Positions 30,292 through 39,840 of a DNA stretch of 64,000 bases are shown here, piece after piece (within the stretch, counting starts at the first letter, position 1; each line of letters starts with the position of its first letter). Made by a program: the position numbers and the translations under genes. The stretch covers positions 24,790 to 88,789 of the forward strand of contig CANREL010000005.1 in NCBI GenBank assembly GCA_947629655.1, read 5' to 3'. Below the pieces are notes generated by a model, which worked only from the letters and a program-made list of their open reading frames with translations, was not told where the DNA came from and did not search any database. The DNA comes from an uncultured Bacilli bacterium. GTDB taxonomy: Bacteria; Bacillota_I; Bacilli_A; RF39; UBA660.

Positions 30292-30544
30292 AATATATAA
30301 AAAGAGACTATTCATCACTAAGGACGAATAGTCTCGCGGTACCACCTTAATTCATAGTATTACTATGCACTCTCTTCTTAACGCGAATCGACGATTTGCT
30401 CTTTCGCAGGACAAGTTCATGAACGCATATTATTAGTTTGCACCAAACACTAACTCTCTACAAATAATCTATTCATTACTACTTCCCACAGCAATTACAA
30501 GTAATAGTATATTAAATTTGGTCCATATATTCAAGTAATTTTTT
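30292..30544 (-). promoter_or_regulatory. T-box riboswitch leader with promoter (TTGAAT-17-TATACT, TSS ~30509) upstream of leuS
   Basis: The minus strand carries AAGGTGGTACCGCG (T-box; complement of 30345-30358) and a terminator hairpin GAGACTATTC...GAATAGTCTC plus TTTTT. The 5' region has AGAGAG...GGTGCAAA, the same stem-I-like elements as the tyrS leader. Confidence 0.7.
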
Positions 30545-33010
30545 AAATAAATTGACGAAAGACTTATCTAGACCTTTTCGTTTTAACTTGGTCAATTCAA
30601 TCTTCTTTCTTCGCAAATCATCATTGCTGAAGATAACTTTAGCTACTGCTTCTTTTAAAACTGTTTGAATTTGAAGATTGTTCAAAATGTCATCGAGATC
30701 ATCAGCCATTACGTGGGCAGCATTTATTTCAATGTCATCACCCTTACAAGTAACCGTCAATTGACCAACAGTAGGAACATTTTTTACTTCGATGATGAAA
30801 TCGTTTCCCTCAGTGTAATGCGTCTCTTCAATCTTATCTTCATTGAAGTAAGCACTGGTAATTTGAGCTTCTTTGGTATTTCTAAATCTGATGATGTAAT
30901 TTCGCTGATCAGGAATGATACCATTTTTACCCTCAACTGATCTAACGATTACAGTATAGTTACTTGGTAAGTAGTTATAAGATATCTCGGTCTTGATGTA
31001 ATATCCTTCTTGATATAGTGAACTTATACCATCATCTTCATACATCGTATAAGTATTGTTTTCACCAGCAAAGACTTGAATTTCCAAATCTGTAGGTGCT
31101 GAAGTATTGTTGATATTACTCTTCTTTGACAATGGTATGATAGCTCCACTCTTGGCGAAAACGGGATAATCTTCTTCTTTGTAGAAGGCGATATACTTAT
31201 GTTTACCAATATACTTTTGACCAGTGAAGAAGTCATACCACGTTCCATCAGGTAAGAAGAAGTGATGGATTGTACGATTCATGACTAAATCTTTTTTATT
31301 AAGAATTGGCGTTACGAATAATTGACGCCCAAAGAAGTATTCATTGCGATATACTTCATCATCATAAAATTTAGGATATAAGTAATACAATGGTTGGAAG
31401 ATCATCATTCCTTTGTCATAGTATTCATAAGCTTCTGTGTACAAATAAGGAATCAATTGATGACGAAGGCGCAAATAGTCATCGACTATTTCAGCAGTCT
31501 TTTTATCCCAACGCCATGGTTCTCTCTTATAATATTTTCCCTTGTCAGAGTGGAAACGCAAAATTGGTGAGAAAGCTCCAAGTTCAACTGATCTTATGTA
31601 TAATTCACTATCTTCTATGCCATCATTATAACCACCGATGTCATGACTCCACCAACAAACACCAATATTAGATGCTGACAAATTGAAAAATGGAATCGTT
31701 TTAAAGTTATCCCAACTGACCTTAGTCTTACCAGAATACAAAACGGGATAGCGATGAGCAGCAATCATACCACTACGACCTAAGACCATTCCACGCTTAT
31801 CAGGGTTTCTAGCCAAATCTTTATATAGATAATGGTTTAATAACCAGGTTGCTTTCATATCTTTAGTATCGACATTATAATCATTCCAGAAGAAGTCGAC
31901 ACCTAAACCCTCTAGAGGATGAATTAATATTTTTAAATAGACATCAATAAATTTAGGATCATATGGAGCGAAAGGAATTACACCCTTTTCATCAGGAGTC
32001 AAATACTTTTTAGCTTCTTCGAAGAAATATTCATAGTCTCTGATACCATCTTTAGGATTAGTACTCAAACCAACTCTGATACCCTTTTGATGAAGTTCTT
32101 CTATCATTCTCTTAGGATTAGGTATCAAATCCGTATTAAAAGTATAACCGGTCTCATAAAGTTTATCATCAACATTAGTAACCAATCCCTGTTCTTTTAT
32201 CTTTATCTCTTCACCTTCAGCAGGTTCTTTGTTTTCTTCAACGATTGGTTTTTGGCGAAAATGCCAATCTTTATCAATTAAAAATACTGATAATGGCATG
32301 TCGTTATCATTAAATTTTTTAGCGATGCCCATGATCTCATCTTGGGTATATGGAAGATTGCGGCACCACCAGTTACCCAAAGCATAACGAGGGATGAACG
32401 CTGGCATACCCGTAAGAGCAAAATAATCTTGCATGCAGTAACCGAAGTCTTTACCATAGACAAAGACGTAGACATCAATGTAATCTTTATTCTCTTCATC
32501 AACTGGTTTTACAGTTCCATCATAATCAAATCTTAGGGAATTGGAGTCATCAATACTGACAAATCCTTCAATTGAATATAATCCTCTATTAGCAAAATCT
32601 TTCTTGTTGAAGTCTTCAAGAGTGGAATTGCAACCATAATAATTACGCACTTCTGGATGACCATAATACCAGATTGACTCAGTACCATTGACTTGAATGC
32701 GCAAGTTCTTCATCGTATTCATAGAAGTACCTTTAAAAGGAGAATTCTTAGCATAGGTCAAAGAGAAGTAATCAGTTTTTATCTCGATGAAGAGATTGTC
32801 TTGTTTAACTTCAAACTTTGGTTTTTCAAAGATACGATTAACTACTAATTGCGTGGCATCATCATTGAATTTTCCAATTTCACTATACTCTAAACGAATA
32901 AGTCTTTCCGTCAACATCGTAATACGATATTTGCTACCTTCAAAGACGACATCAGCCTTTGGTTTTAAATTATTTGGTTCAATCGCAAAGTGTTGTCCAA
33001 GATTATACAT
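30512..33010 (-). CDS. glycoside hydrolase family 31 (alpha-glucosidase/alpha-xylosidase-like)
   Basis: 832 aa with GH31 catalytic-region signatures (GVDFFWNDYN..., CWWSHDIGGY). Confidence 0.8.
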   Translation of the reverse strand: MYNLGQHFAIEPNNLKPKADVVFEGSKYRITMLTERLIRLEYSEIGKFNDDATQLVVNRIFEKPKFEVKQDNLFIEIKTDYFSLTYAKNSPFKGTSMNTMKNLRIQVNGTESIWYYGHPEVRNYYGCNSTLEDFNKKDFANRGLYSIEGFVSIDDSNSLRFDYDGTVKPVDEENKDYIDVYVFVYGKDFGYCMQDYFALTGMPAFIPRYALGNWWCRNLPYTQDEIMGIAKKFNDNDMPLSVFLIDKDWHFRQKPIVEENKEPAEGEEIKIKEQGLVTNVDDKLYETGYTFNTDLIPNPKRMIEELHQKGIRVGLSTNPKDGIRDYEYFFEEAKKYLTPDEKGVIPFAPYDPKFIDVYLKILIHPLEGLGVDFFWNDYNVDTKDMKATWLLNHYLYKDLARNPDKRGMVLGRSGMIAAHRYPVLYSGKTKVSWDNFKTIPFFNLSASNIGVCWWSHDIGGYNDGIEDSELYIRSVELGAFSPILRFHSDKGKYYKREPWRWDKKTAEIVDDYLRLRHQLIPYLYTEAYEYYDKGMMIFQPLYYLYPKFYDDEVYRNEYFFGRQLFVTPILNKKDLVMNRTIHHFFLPDGTWYDFFTGQKYIGKHKYIAFYKEEDYPVFAKSGAIIPLSKKSNINNTSAPTDLEIQVFAGENNTYTMYEDDGISSLYQEGYYIKTEISYNYLPSNYTVIVRSVEGKNGIIPDQRNYIIRFRNTKEAQITSAYFNEDKIEETHYTEGNDFIIEVKNVPTVGQLTVTCKGDDIEINAAHVMADDLDDILNNLQIQTVLKEAVAKVIFSNDDLRRKKIELTKLKRKGLDKSFVNLFKKLLEYMDQI

Positions 33011-33105
33011 TTAATCACCTTCACATTCCTAGTCTATCATAGTTAATTATAACATATATATTTATATATACATATAACATTTTTATTCTTTTTTTCTATA
33101 TTTTT

Positions 33106-33114
33106 TGATATAAT
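33106..33114 (+). promoter_or_regulatory. extended -10 promoter element (TGATATAAT) for the patatin gene
   Basis: TGnTATAAT seen 17 nt upstream of the ATG at 33131. No strong -35. Confidence 0.35.
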
Positions 33115-33130
33115 TTAGTTGGTGACGAAA

Positions 33131-34366
33131 ATGAAGGCATTAGTACTTGCGGGTGGTGGATCTAAAGGTTCCTATGAAATGGGAGTTTGGAAAGCCCTTA
33201 GAAAATTAAATATTAAATTTGATATAGTGACTGGTACTTCAATTGGAGCATTGAATGGAGCTTTAGTAGTACAAAACAGTTATTTTCGGGGAATGAGACT
33301 TTGGTTAAAGACTGATTTCTATAAATTATTCGGTTCTGAATTAAAAGATATATCAGATTTTAAGAAAAAAATTAAGATTTATAGTAAGAATGTCATAAAT
33401 CAATCAGGAATTGATACAGAATCTTATGAGAAATTCGTAAAGAGATGGATCAATTTAAATAAAATTTATAAATCAAATATCGATTTTGGAATAGTTACTT
33501 ATAATTTAAGTAATAGAAAGCCACGTCTCATAACCAAGAATAAAGTACCAAGAGATAAATTATGTGATTATATCGTTGCTTCAACTTCTTGTTTTCCAGC
33601 TTTGGACATGAAAGAGATCGATGGTGATAAATATGTCGATGGTGGTTATTATGACAACTTGCCAATCAATCTAGCTATCGATATGGGAGCAACTAGTGTT
33701 GTCGCAGTAGACTTACAAAGTATTGGAATCGTTCGTGATGTCAAAGATAGTAGTGTTGACGTTACTTATATAACACCCAATTGTGATTTGGGAAATTTTT
33801 TAGTGTTCGACAAAAAAACGATTAAGAAAAATATAGCTATCGGTTACAATGACACGATGAAAGCTTTTAATGAATTAGATGGTGAATACTTCACTTTTAA
33901 AAAGAATGATTTGAATAAAAATTATGCGAAATATGGTAATGACTTTGCTTATATCGCTAAGAGAATGATTGGTATTAATACCAAGAGAACTCTAAATCAA
34001 TTAACTTCAATATCTTTTTATCGCCGTCTCATCAAGAATTCTTTTAATGACAAAAAGACGATGAATAAGAGTCTAGAATTATTGGGTGAAATATTTGAAA
34101 TACCAAATTATAAAATATATGATATTGACATGTTTAATCACATTCTAAAAATGAAGTTTTCTAATTATGAAGATAATGATGAACTAATAGATATCAACAA
34201 TCTAAAAAAACTCAATTTCAATAAGACAATCAATAGAAAACACATCGTTAAAAGCATATATAAATTCATGTTAAAACCGGTTGAATATCATAAAGAATTA
34301 TCTGATTTAAGTGTATTATTTCCAAAAGAATTCATGGGAGCTTTGTATTTATATACGATAAGTTAA
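33131..34366 (+). CDS. patatin-like phospholipase
   Basis: Oxyanion-hole motif GGGSKG, nucleophile motif GTSIG, and an Asp motif (DGG) of the patatin Ser-Asp dyad. Confidence 0.85.
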   Translation: MKALVLAGGGSKGSYEMGVWKALRKLNIKFDIVTGTSIGALNGALVVQNSYFRGMRLWLKTDFYKLFGSELKDISDFKKKIKIYSKNVINQSGIDTESYEKFVKRWINLNKIYKSNIDFGIVTYNLSNRKPRLITKNKVPRDKLCDYIVASTSCFPALDMKEIDGDKYVDGGYYDNLPINLAIDMGATSVVAVDLQSIGIVRDVKDSSVDVTYITPNCDLGNFLVFDKKTIKKNIAIGYNDTMKAFNELDGEYFTFKKNDLNKNYAKYGNDFAYIAKRMIGINTKRTLNQLTSISFYRRLIKNSFNDKKTMNKSLELLGEIFEIPNYKIYDIDMFNHILKMKFSNYEDNDELIDINNLKKLNFNKTINRKHIVKSIYKFMLKPVEYHKELSDLSVLFPKEFMGALYLYTIS

Positions 34367-34367
34367 A

Positions 34368-35840
34368 ATGAAAAAGAATAAATTTAAGTATAGCAATTCT
34401 AATAAGAGGTATTATACACTTGATTATTTCTATAAAAATAAATTTAATTCTAAAGTCTTTAAAGTTAGCTTAAATGCTGGCTTTTCTTGTCCTAATAGAG
34501 ATGGAACAGTCGGTTTTGGGGGATGCATATATTGTTCTAAATTGGGTAGTGGTGACTTTGCGGGTGATGTTTTAAAACCATTAGAGGAACAGTTTGAGGA
34601 TGTTAAAAATATCATTTTAAAAAAGTGGCCAAATAGTAAATACATCGGATATTTTCAAGCTAATACTAATACTTATGCCGATGTTGAGACACTGAAAGAA
34701 AAATATGAAAGAGTGTTAAAAATAGATGGGGTTGTCGGATTAAACATCGCAACAAGACCAGATGCGATAAGTGATGAATGTTATCAATATTTAGAAGATT
34801 TATCTAAAAGGACTTATTTGACGGTTGAATTGGGGCTTCAAACCATTCATGAAAAGACATCTAAATTGATAAATCGTTGTCATGATTTAGAGTGTTTTAA
34901 AACTTGTGTGGAAAATCTTCGTCAAAGAAATATCAATGTCGTCGTGCACATCATCAATGGTCTTCCCTATGAGACTAAAGAAATGATGTTAGAAACAGTG
35001 GAATACTTGAACAAATTAGATATTCAAGGAATAAAAATTCACATGTTACACATCTTGAAGGATACACCTTTAGAGATACTTTATGAAAAAGAAAAATTTC
35101 ACGTTTTGACAAGAGAAGAATATGTCGACATAGTATGTGATCAGATTGAGACTTTAAGAGAAGATATCGTCATAAATAGAATAACAGGTGATCCCAATAG
35201 TGACGATTTGATCGAACCGACGTGGTTGATTAAAAAGTTTGGCGTTTTAAATGAGATTGATAAAGAGTTAGAACGTCGTAATACTTATCAGGGTTATCGC
35301 AAGACGATTCTCAACTATGTCCACAATTTAATTGATTCATACATAAAGAAAAATGATATCGTCATCGACGCTACTGTCGGCAATGGAAAAGATACCTTAT
35401 ATTTATGCGATATTGTCACAAATGGTAAAGTATTCGGTTTTGATATTCAAGAAGAGGCCATTATGAGAACTGATAAACTGTTACTAGAAAATCATAAGAG
35501 TAATTATGAGTTATTTCAAGAAAGTCATGAAAAGATGGATGAAGTATTAGAAAACTATCGCGGTAAAGTATCATTAGTTCTATTCAATCTAGGATATCTA
35601 CCTAATGGCGATAAAAGAATTACGACGAATTACAAAACGACGATTAAAGCTATCGCTAAAGCTTTAAAAATGATTCATGACAAGGGAATGATTTTAATAG
35701 TAATATATCCAGGTCATGAAAAAGGAAGAGAAGAGAGTGTTAAAATTAAGAAATTTTTAAATGATAGTAATTATCATTATCAAGAATTTCATAATACGAC
35801 TAATGAGATTGCTCCTTATCTAATTGAAATATTGAAATAA
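34368..35840 (+). CDS. radical SAM TIGR01212-type (YtqA/MnmL-like) protein fused to a YtqB/MnmM-like SAM-dependent methyltransferase domain
   Basis: The N-terminal half has a radical-SAM-like Cys cluster (CPNRDGTVGFGGCIYCS) and YtqA-like length. The C-terminal ~190 aa (IVIDATVGNGKDTLYL...FGFDIQEEAI...FNLGYLP...) resemble the class-I methyltransferase YtqB/MnmM. It is translationally coupled to the patatin gene. Confidence 0.65.
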   Translation: MKKNKFKYSNSNKRYYTLDYFYKNKFNSKVFKVSLNAGFSCPNRDGTVGFGGCIYCSKLGSGDFAGDVLKPLEEQFEDVKNIILKKWPNSKYIGYFQANTNTYADVETLKEKYERVLKIDGVVGLNIATRPDAISDECYQYLEDLSKRTYLTVELGLQTIHEKTSKLINRCHDLECFKTCVENLRQRNINVVVHIINGLPYETKEMMLETVEYLNKLDIQGIKIHMLHILKDTPLEILYEKEKFHVLTREEYVDIVCDQIETLREDIVINRITGDPNSDDLIEPTWLIKKFGVLNEIDKELERRNTYQGYRKTILNYVHNLIDSYIKKNDIVIDATVGNGKDTLYLCDIVTNGKVFGFDIQEEAIMRTDKLLLENHKSNYELFQESHEKMDEVLENYRGKVSLVLFNLGYLPNGDKRITTNYKTTIKAIAKALKMIHDKGMILIVIYPGHEKGREESVKIKKFLNDSNYHYQEFHNTTNEIAPYLIEILK

Positions 35841-35878
35841 AAAAGCATATTTTTTAAAATATGCTTTTATTGTTTTTG
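35838..35878. terminator. bidirectional terminator
   Basis: Palindrome AAAAGCATATTTT-TTA-AAATATGCTTTT with flanking T-runs on both strands. Confidence 0.65.
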
Positions 35879-36610
35879 AGTAACGATCAACTTTACTTTT
35901 AGTTTTAAGACACTATCTTCTGGATTTTCTTTTTTATAAGCTATACTCTGTTCACCCCAATATGTGTCAGCATCATCACTTTCAACATATAGACCACTTT
36001 CGACGAAACTGTCAAAATCGCTATCAGTGACATCAGCAACACTATATTCACCATCACTTTCCGTGTAATAATTTATACCTGGAGTATAAGTGTATAATGA
36101 ATTCAACTTGTAATAAGCATTGGATGACTCAAAAGGCCAATTGACATTGACACTAAAGTTGATGCTTTCATTTTTATCAAGTTCCGTTTTATCGTATTGA
36201 AAACTCAAGGAAAAAGGTAAATCATTAGCTAAGTAATTGATTAAGTCTTCACTGGTATAAGTTACACCAAAAGCTGTTACCTCTTGAATTTCATAAGAAA
36301 AAGTAGCATCTAGATCACTATTGTTTCTTATGATTAAGTTTTTAGTAAAAGTCTCCATTCCTGGATATAAATCATCTAAAGAAATATCCAAAGTTTCAAC
36401 TTGTTCTTCTTCATATACAAAAGAAATATCCCAAGAAATGACATCAGCGTTTATATAACCATTACCATTAGTGGCAAAAACAAACCAAGCAAAAGAGTTG
36501 ACAGCTAATAAGAAACCTGCCATGATGTAGGCTCTTATCTTGATAGCACGTCTATTCTTCTGCAAATTCTTGTATATTTTATTCACTTGTCTCTTGTTCT
36601 TCTTCATCAT
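35867..36610 (-). CDS. secreted protein with SipW-cognate-like signal peptide (TasA/camelysin-like candidate)
   Basis: Basic n-region plus h-region, followed by ...AVNSFAWFVFATNG, which resembles the SipW-cognate signal motif. It lies immediately downstream of sipW. Start placed at MMKKNK to limit overlap with sipW. Confidence 0.45.
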   Translation of the reverse strand: MMKKNKRQVNKIYKNLQKNRRAIKIRAYIMAGFLLAVNSFAWFVFATNGNGYINADVISWDISFVYEEEQVETLDISLDDLYPGMETFTKNLIIRNNSDLDATFSYEIQEVTAFGVTYTSEDLINYLANDLPFSLSFQYDKTELDKNESINFSVNVNWPFESSNAYYKLNSLYTYTPGINYYTESDGEYSVADVTDSDFDSFVESGLYVESDDADTYWGEQSIAYKKENPEDSVLKLKVKLIVTQKQ

Positions 36611-37154
36611 TCTCACTATCATCCTTTGCTTGAGTAACAACATCGGCAATCTCTAAGAAGATTACTAATACTAATGGAACAAATACTATGAAATAAAATC
36701 CAACTTTAGTTCTTATGATCTTAGTTAAAAAACTTAGAATTACAAATTTGTGAGACACTTTTCCATATAGACGATCTTTCTTAATGATGGGATCAGCTTC
36801 ATCGTTAGCGACACCCTTAGTTTGCAAAGTACCATCTTCTCTATTAATCGCAATGATGCGGTGTGTTACAATGCGGTCTTTAAAGTCGCCTGTCTCCCCT
36901 ATATATGTGACGTCATCACCAACTTTTAAAGACTCATATGATGATTCTTTTACCAAAAGGACATCACCAACATCATAGACAGGTTCCATACTTCCAGTAG
37001 CGATTGTGAAGACGCGATAACCCATCAAACTACTGTTGTTACTAAATTTTTGGAAAACCAAAAATCCAACATATAGAGCTAGTAATAGAACAAAGATAAA
37101 TTTTATTGTTCCATATACGATTTTAAAAATTTTATTATCCATTATTTTACGCAT
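36579..37154 (-). CDS. sipW: signal peptidase I, archaeal/SipW type (S26B)
   Basis: N-terminal TM, catalytic Ser motif IATGSMEPVY, conserved His in IVTHRII, and a C-terminal TM as in B. subtilis SipW. RBS GGGGG sits 6 nt before the chosen ATG. Confidence 0.8.
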   Translation of the reverse strand: MRKIMDNKIFKIVYGTIKFIFVLLLALYVGFLVFQKFSNNSSLMGYRVFTIATGSMEPVYDVGDVLLVKESSYESLKVGDDVTYIGETGDFKDRIVTHRIIAINREDGTLQTKGVANDEADPIIKKDRLYGKVSHKFVILSFLTKIIRTKVGFYFIVFVPLVLVIFLEIADVVTQAKDDSENDEEEQETSE

Positions 37155-37164
37155 AAACATCCCC

Positions 37165-38256
37165 CTAATCTAAACATGAATAAGCTTCTTCAACATTAGT
37201 ATTAAGCTTTTTTAGACGTTCTTGGAAAGTCTTAATAATTTTATCATTACGCTTATCAAATCTATTCTTAGCACTTTTAAATTCATCTTTGAAGACTTTT
37301 TTAATCTTGTCTTCTAATATTTCATCATCCATATCAAGAATATTTTCAATGACACGCGCTAAAGCAATTGATATAGCTTTCTTCTCTGATACTTCATCCT
37401 TTTTCTTAGATAGAGCATTCAATGCTAAATATTCTAGTAAAAAAGATTGATCAAATTGATTCTTTATATCACCAATATCATTTATATTTTTATTTGTCTT
37501 TTCAACGACACAGTCATCTTGAACATAACTTTGAATAAAGTTCCATAACTCAACAGCTTTTTGGAAATTAGGATTCTTTAAAATGACATTAGTCTTTCTA
37601 ATAGGAGAACGAACAGGAGCGACGTGAAGATGATTTAGAGTTTGAAATAGTTCACTAGAAGTAAAACCATCCATTTGAATTTTTATATTCTTTAAACGTT
37701 GTTCAATTGATTCTCCACTATCATTATTTTTAGTAGTTATATTTTTATCAAAAGAAGTATATAAAAGAGATATTTTGACATCTTCATTACCGATACGCGT
37801 ATTGGCTTCATACTTGGCTTCTTTACGATCTATGTAGTAAGAGTCACCAGTTATTTGCGCAGAATGTTGTTCAAAAAAAGTTAACATGTTATTTATAAGA
37901 GTAAAAATAAATCTATTTTCATACGTATCAAGACTTTCATCTTTATTGATATTAAGGATTTTAGATGGTCTAACATCACCTTTATCTTTATCATAATCTT
38001 GAATTAAATTAGTGTGTTGGGTCAAATGAATAATACTCTCAACAGTTACTTTTTTAGATTGTTCAACTTTTACTATCTCTTCTTCATTGATGATAAAACG
38101 TTTAGGATTTCTTATAATGTTATCGATATAGGGAATGACATCTTCAAATATTTCAATCCAAGTATAGTTGTACTGTTTACTGTCATAGTCGGTATTTATT
38201 TCTAGAATTGAATTCAATTCATCAATAAATGTCGTACTAGTTTCCACATTGTCCAT
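37165..38256 (-). CDS. hypothetical protein, possible McrC-like partner of the upstream McrB-family GTPase
   Basis: 363 aa (McrC-like size), encoded 15 nt downstream of the McrB-like gene. No clear PD-(D/E)xK motif seen by eye, so the call rests on context only. Confidence 0.4.
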   Translation of the reverse strand: MDNVETSTTFIDELNSILEINTDYDSKQYNYTWIEIFEDVIPYIDNIIRNPKRFIINEEEIVKVEQSKKVTVESIIHLTQHTNLIQDYDKDKGDVRPSKILNINKDESLDTYENRFIFTLINNMLTFFEQHSAQITGDSYYIDRKEAKYEANTRIGNEDVKISLLYTSFDKNITTKNNDSGESIEQRLKNIKIQMDGFTSSELFQTLNHLHVAPVRSPIRKTNVILKNPNFQKAVELWNFIQSYVQDDCVVEKTNKNINDIGDIKNQFDQSFLLEYLALNALSKKKDEVSEKKAISIALARVIENILDMDDEILEDKIKKVFKDEFKSAKNRFDKRNDKIIKTFQERLKKLNTNVEEAYSCLD

Positions 38257-38271
38257 AACATTACCTCCTAA

Positions 38272-39831
38272 CTAAACCATTTTCTTAAGTCGTAATAAGT
38301 ATTCTTTACATTCATTAAAATGTTCACGACCGAATTCTTGGTCTAAGAATTTTATAAATTCATCTATTTCATCACGAATATACGCTAAGTTTAATTGTTC
38401 AAATTTTCGCAAAATCTTTCGGGCGATGAAATAGTCAACACCATCGACTTCTTCACCACCACATTCGATGTAAGCAGAAACGAAGTCTCCCATCTGTTTT
38501 ACGATACGGTTACCAAAAGCGATACGGAAATGCTTGATTACATAGTCATCCATCTCTTCGATTTTCTTATGCATTTCAGCACTCATTGGATGATTTTGTT
38601 TAGCTTTTTCGTATAGGCCTTCGAGATAACTACTATTGATGTTCATGGCATCAGTTGGAATTGGATCAAAGACTTGTCCTTTATCGTTGATGTCGATTGG
38701 CATCGCACGGTCATATACTTTATCAGTTACGGCAAAAGTTGAGTCGTCGTTATTGATCGTTCCAATATACCACATATTTCCAGGTATCTTCAATTTTCCA
38801 TCAATCAAATTTTTAGGGTCAGTTGGCCAACTGCTCGATACCAATTCAATGATCCATTCATCACGGCTTGGCATTTCTAGAATTGACAACATTTCAGCGA
38901 AATAGTACTCAACACGAGCGATGTTCATCTCGTCGAGTACAGCTACATAGACGTCATCATTATAACCAGCTTCATACATTTTCTTTAGAATCTCGGTTTC
39001 GTTGAACTTCTTTGTAAATTCATTGAAGTAACCAAACAATTCAGTACGGTCACGCCATGAGGGTTGAACAGAAGCGATGATGGCATCATTTTTGATAAAT
39101 TTACCCCAAGCATAAGCAAGGGAAGTTTTACCTGTACCAGAAATACCTTGTAATATTACTAATTTAGTACAAGCTAGAGATGATATGAACAATCTTATCA
39201 TTTCCGTCTTGTAATATAGTCCCAATTTAGAAGCAGCAAAGTTTCTAAAGAGACCAACTAATTCTTCAAGAGTAAAAGTATTATTATAATTTTGAACTTT
39301 ATAATCTTTAAATTCTACATCGATACTATGAAGTTTCGTAAATCTGATATTATCATCATCAGGTATTTCTTCTTCACCTTCTTTAGGTTCTTCACCATCT
39401 TCTTCCTCAGGCTTTTCTTCAACTTTTTCTTCAGCACTTTCACCAGGTTTTAATCCCATTTGTGACACTTTCATAGCTAGTATCTTTTCTTTTTCTTCAA
39501 CTAAATCTGTCACTTTTTTATTCAAGACAGCAATCTCATCCAACATTCCTTCCTGTTCGACAAGAGTCTTTCGAAAGCGCACATATTTTCTAATAATAAA
39601 ATATACTAACAAGATTATAAGACCTAGAACAGCGATCATCACCGCTATGGCAATAATCGTTAAAACCCATTCTTTTATGCCAAATTCTTCTTTGTAAAAA
39701 GCAATTACTTGAATGTAATTAGGTATGTTAAACATCTGAACTATACCATTGATAAATCCCATGACTATGGATTTAACACCATTAAAGAAAACTGACATAA
39801 ACTCATATAAAAACTTAATAAATTTACTCAT
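38272..39831 (-). CDS. McrB-family AAA+ GTPase with an N-terminal transmembrane/coiled-coil/acidic region instead of a DNA-binding domain
   Basis: Segment-by-segment match to E. coli McrB motifs: ILQGISGTGKT (Walker A), VQPSWRDRTELFGYF, VLDEMNIARVEYYFAEMLSILE (Walker B region), MWYIGTINNDDSTFAVTDKVYDRAMPIDI (McrB signature MNxxDRS ... RRF). The N-terminus has a hydrophobic TM segment (LTIIAIAVMIAVLGLIILLVYFII) and an EEKVEEKPEEEDGEEPKEGEEE acidic tract. Confidence 0.7.
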   Translation of the reverse strand: MSKFIKFLYEFMSVFFNGVKSIVMGFINGIVQMFNIPNYIQVIAFYKEEFGIKEWVLTIIAIAVMIAVLGLIILLVYFIIRKYVRFRKTLVEQEGMLDEIAVLNKKVTDLVEEKEKILAMKVSQMGLKPGESAEEKVEEKPEEEDGEEPKEGEEEIPDDDNIRFTKLHSIDVEFKDYKVQNYNNTFTLEELVGLFRNFAASKLGLYYKTEMIRLFISSLACTKLVILQGISGTGKTSLAYAWGKFIKNDAIIASVQPSWRDRTELFGYFNEFTKKFNETEILKKMYEAGYNDDVYVAVLDEMNIARVEYYFAEMLSILEMPSRDEWIIELVSSSWPTDPKNLIDGKLKIPGNMWYIGTINNDDSTFAVTDKVYDRAMPIDINDKGQVFDPIPTDAMNINSSYLEGLYEKAKQNHPMSAEMHKKIEEMDDYVIKHFRIAFGNRIVKQMGDFVSAYIECGGEEVDGVDYFIARKILRKFEQLNLAYIRDEIDEFIKFLDQEFGREHFNECKEYLLRLKKMV

Positions 39832-39840
39832 AGTTACTCC

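Noticed and set aside
37165-39831. Calling the McrB-like/partner pair a classical McrBC methyl-DNA restriction system
   Set aside because: The GTPase lacks an N-terminal DNA-reader domain, having a TM plus acidic coiled-coil instead. No PD-(D/E)xK motif was evident in the partner. The pair is operonic with sipW rather than in a restriction/defence context. I therefore kept it as McrB-family with unknown role.
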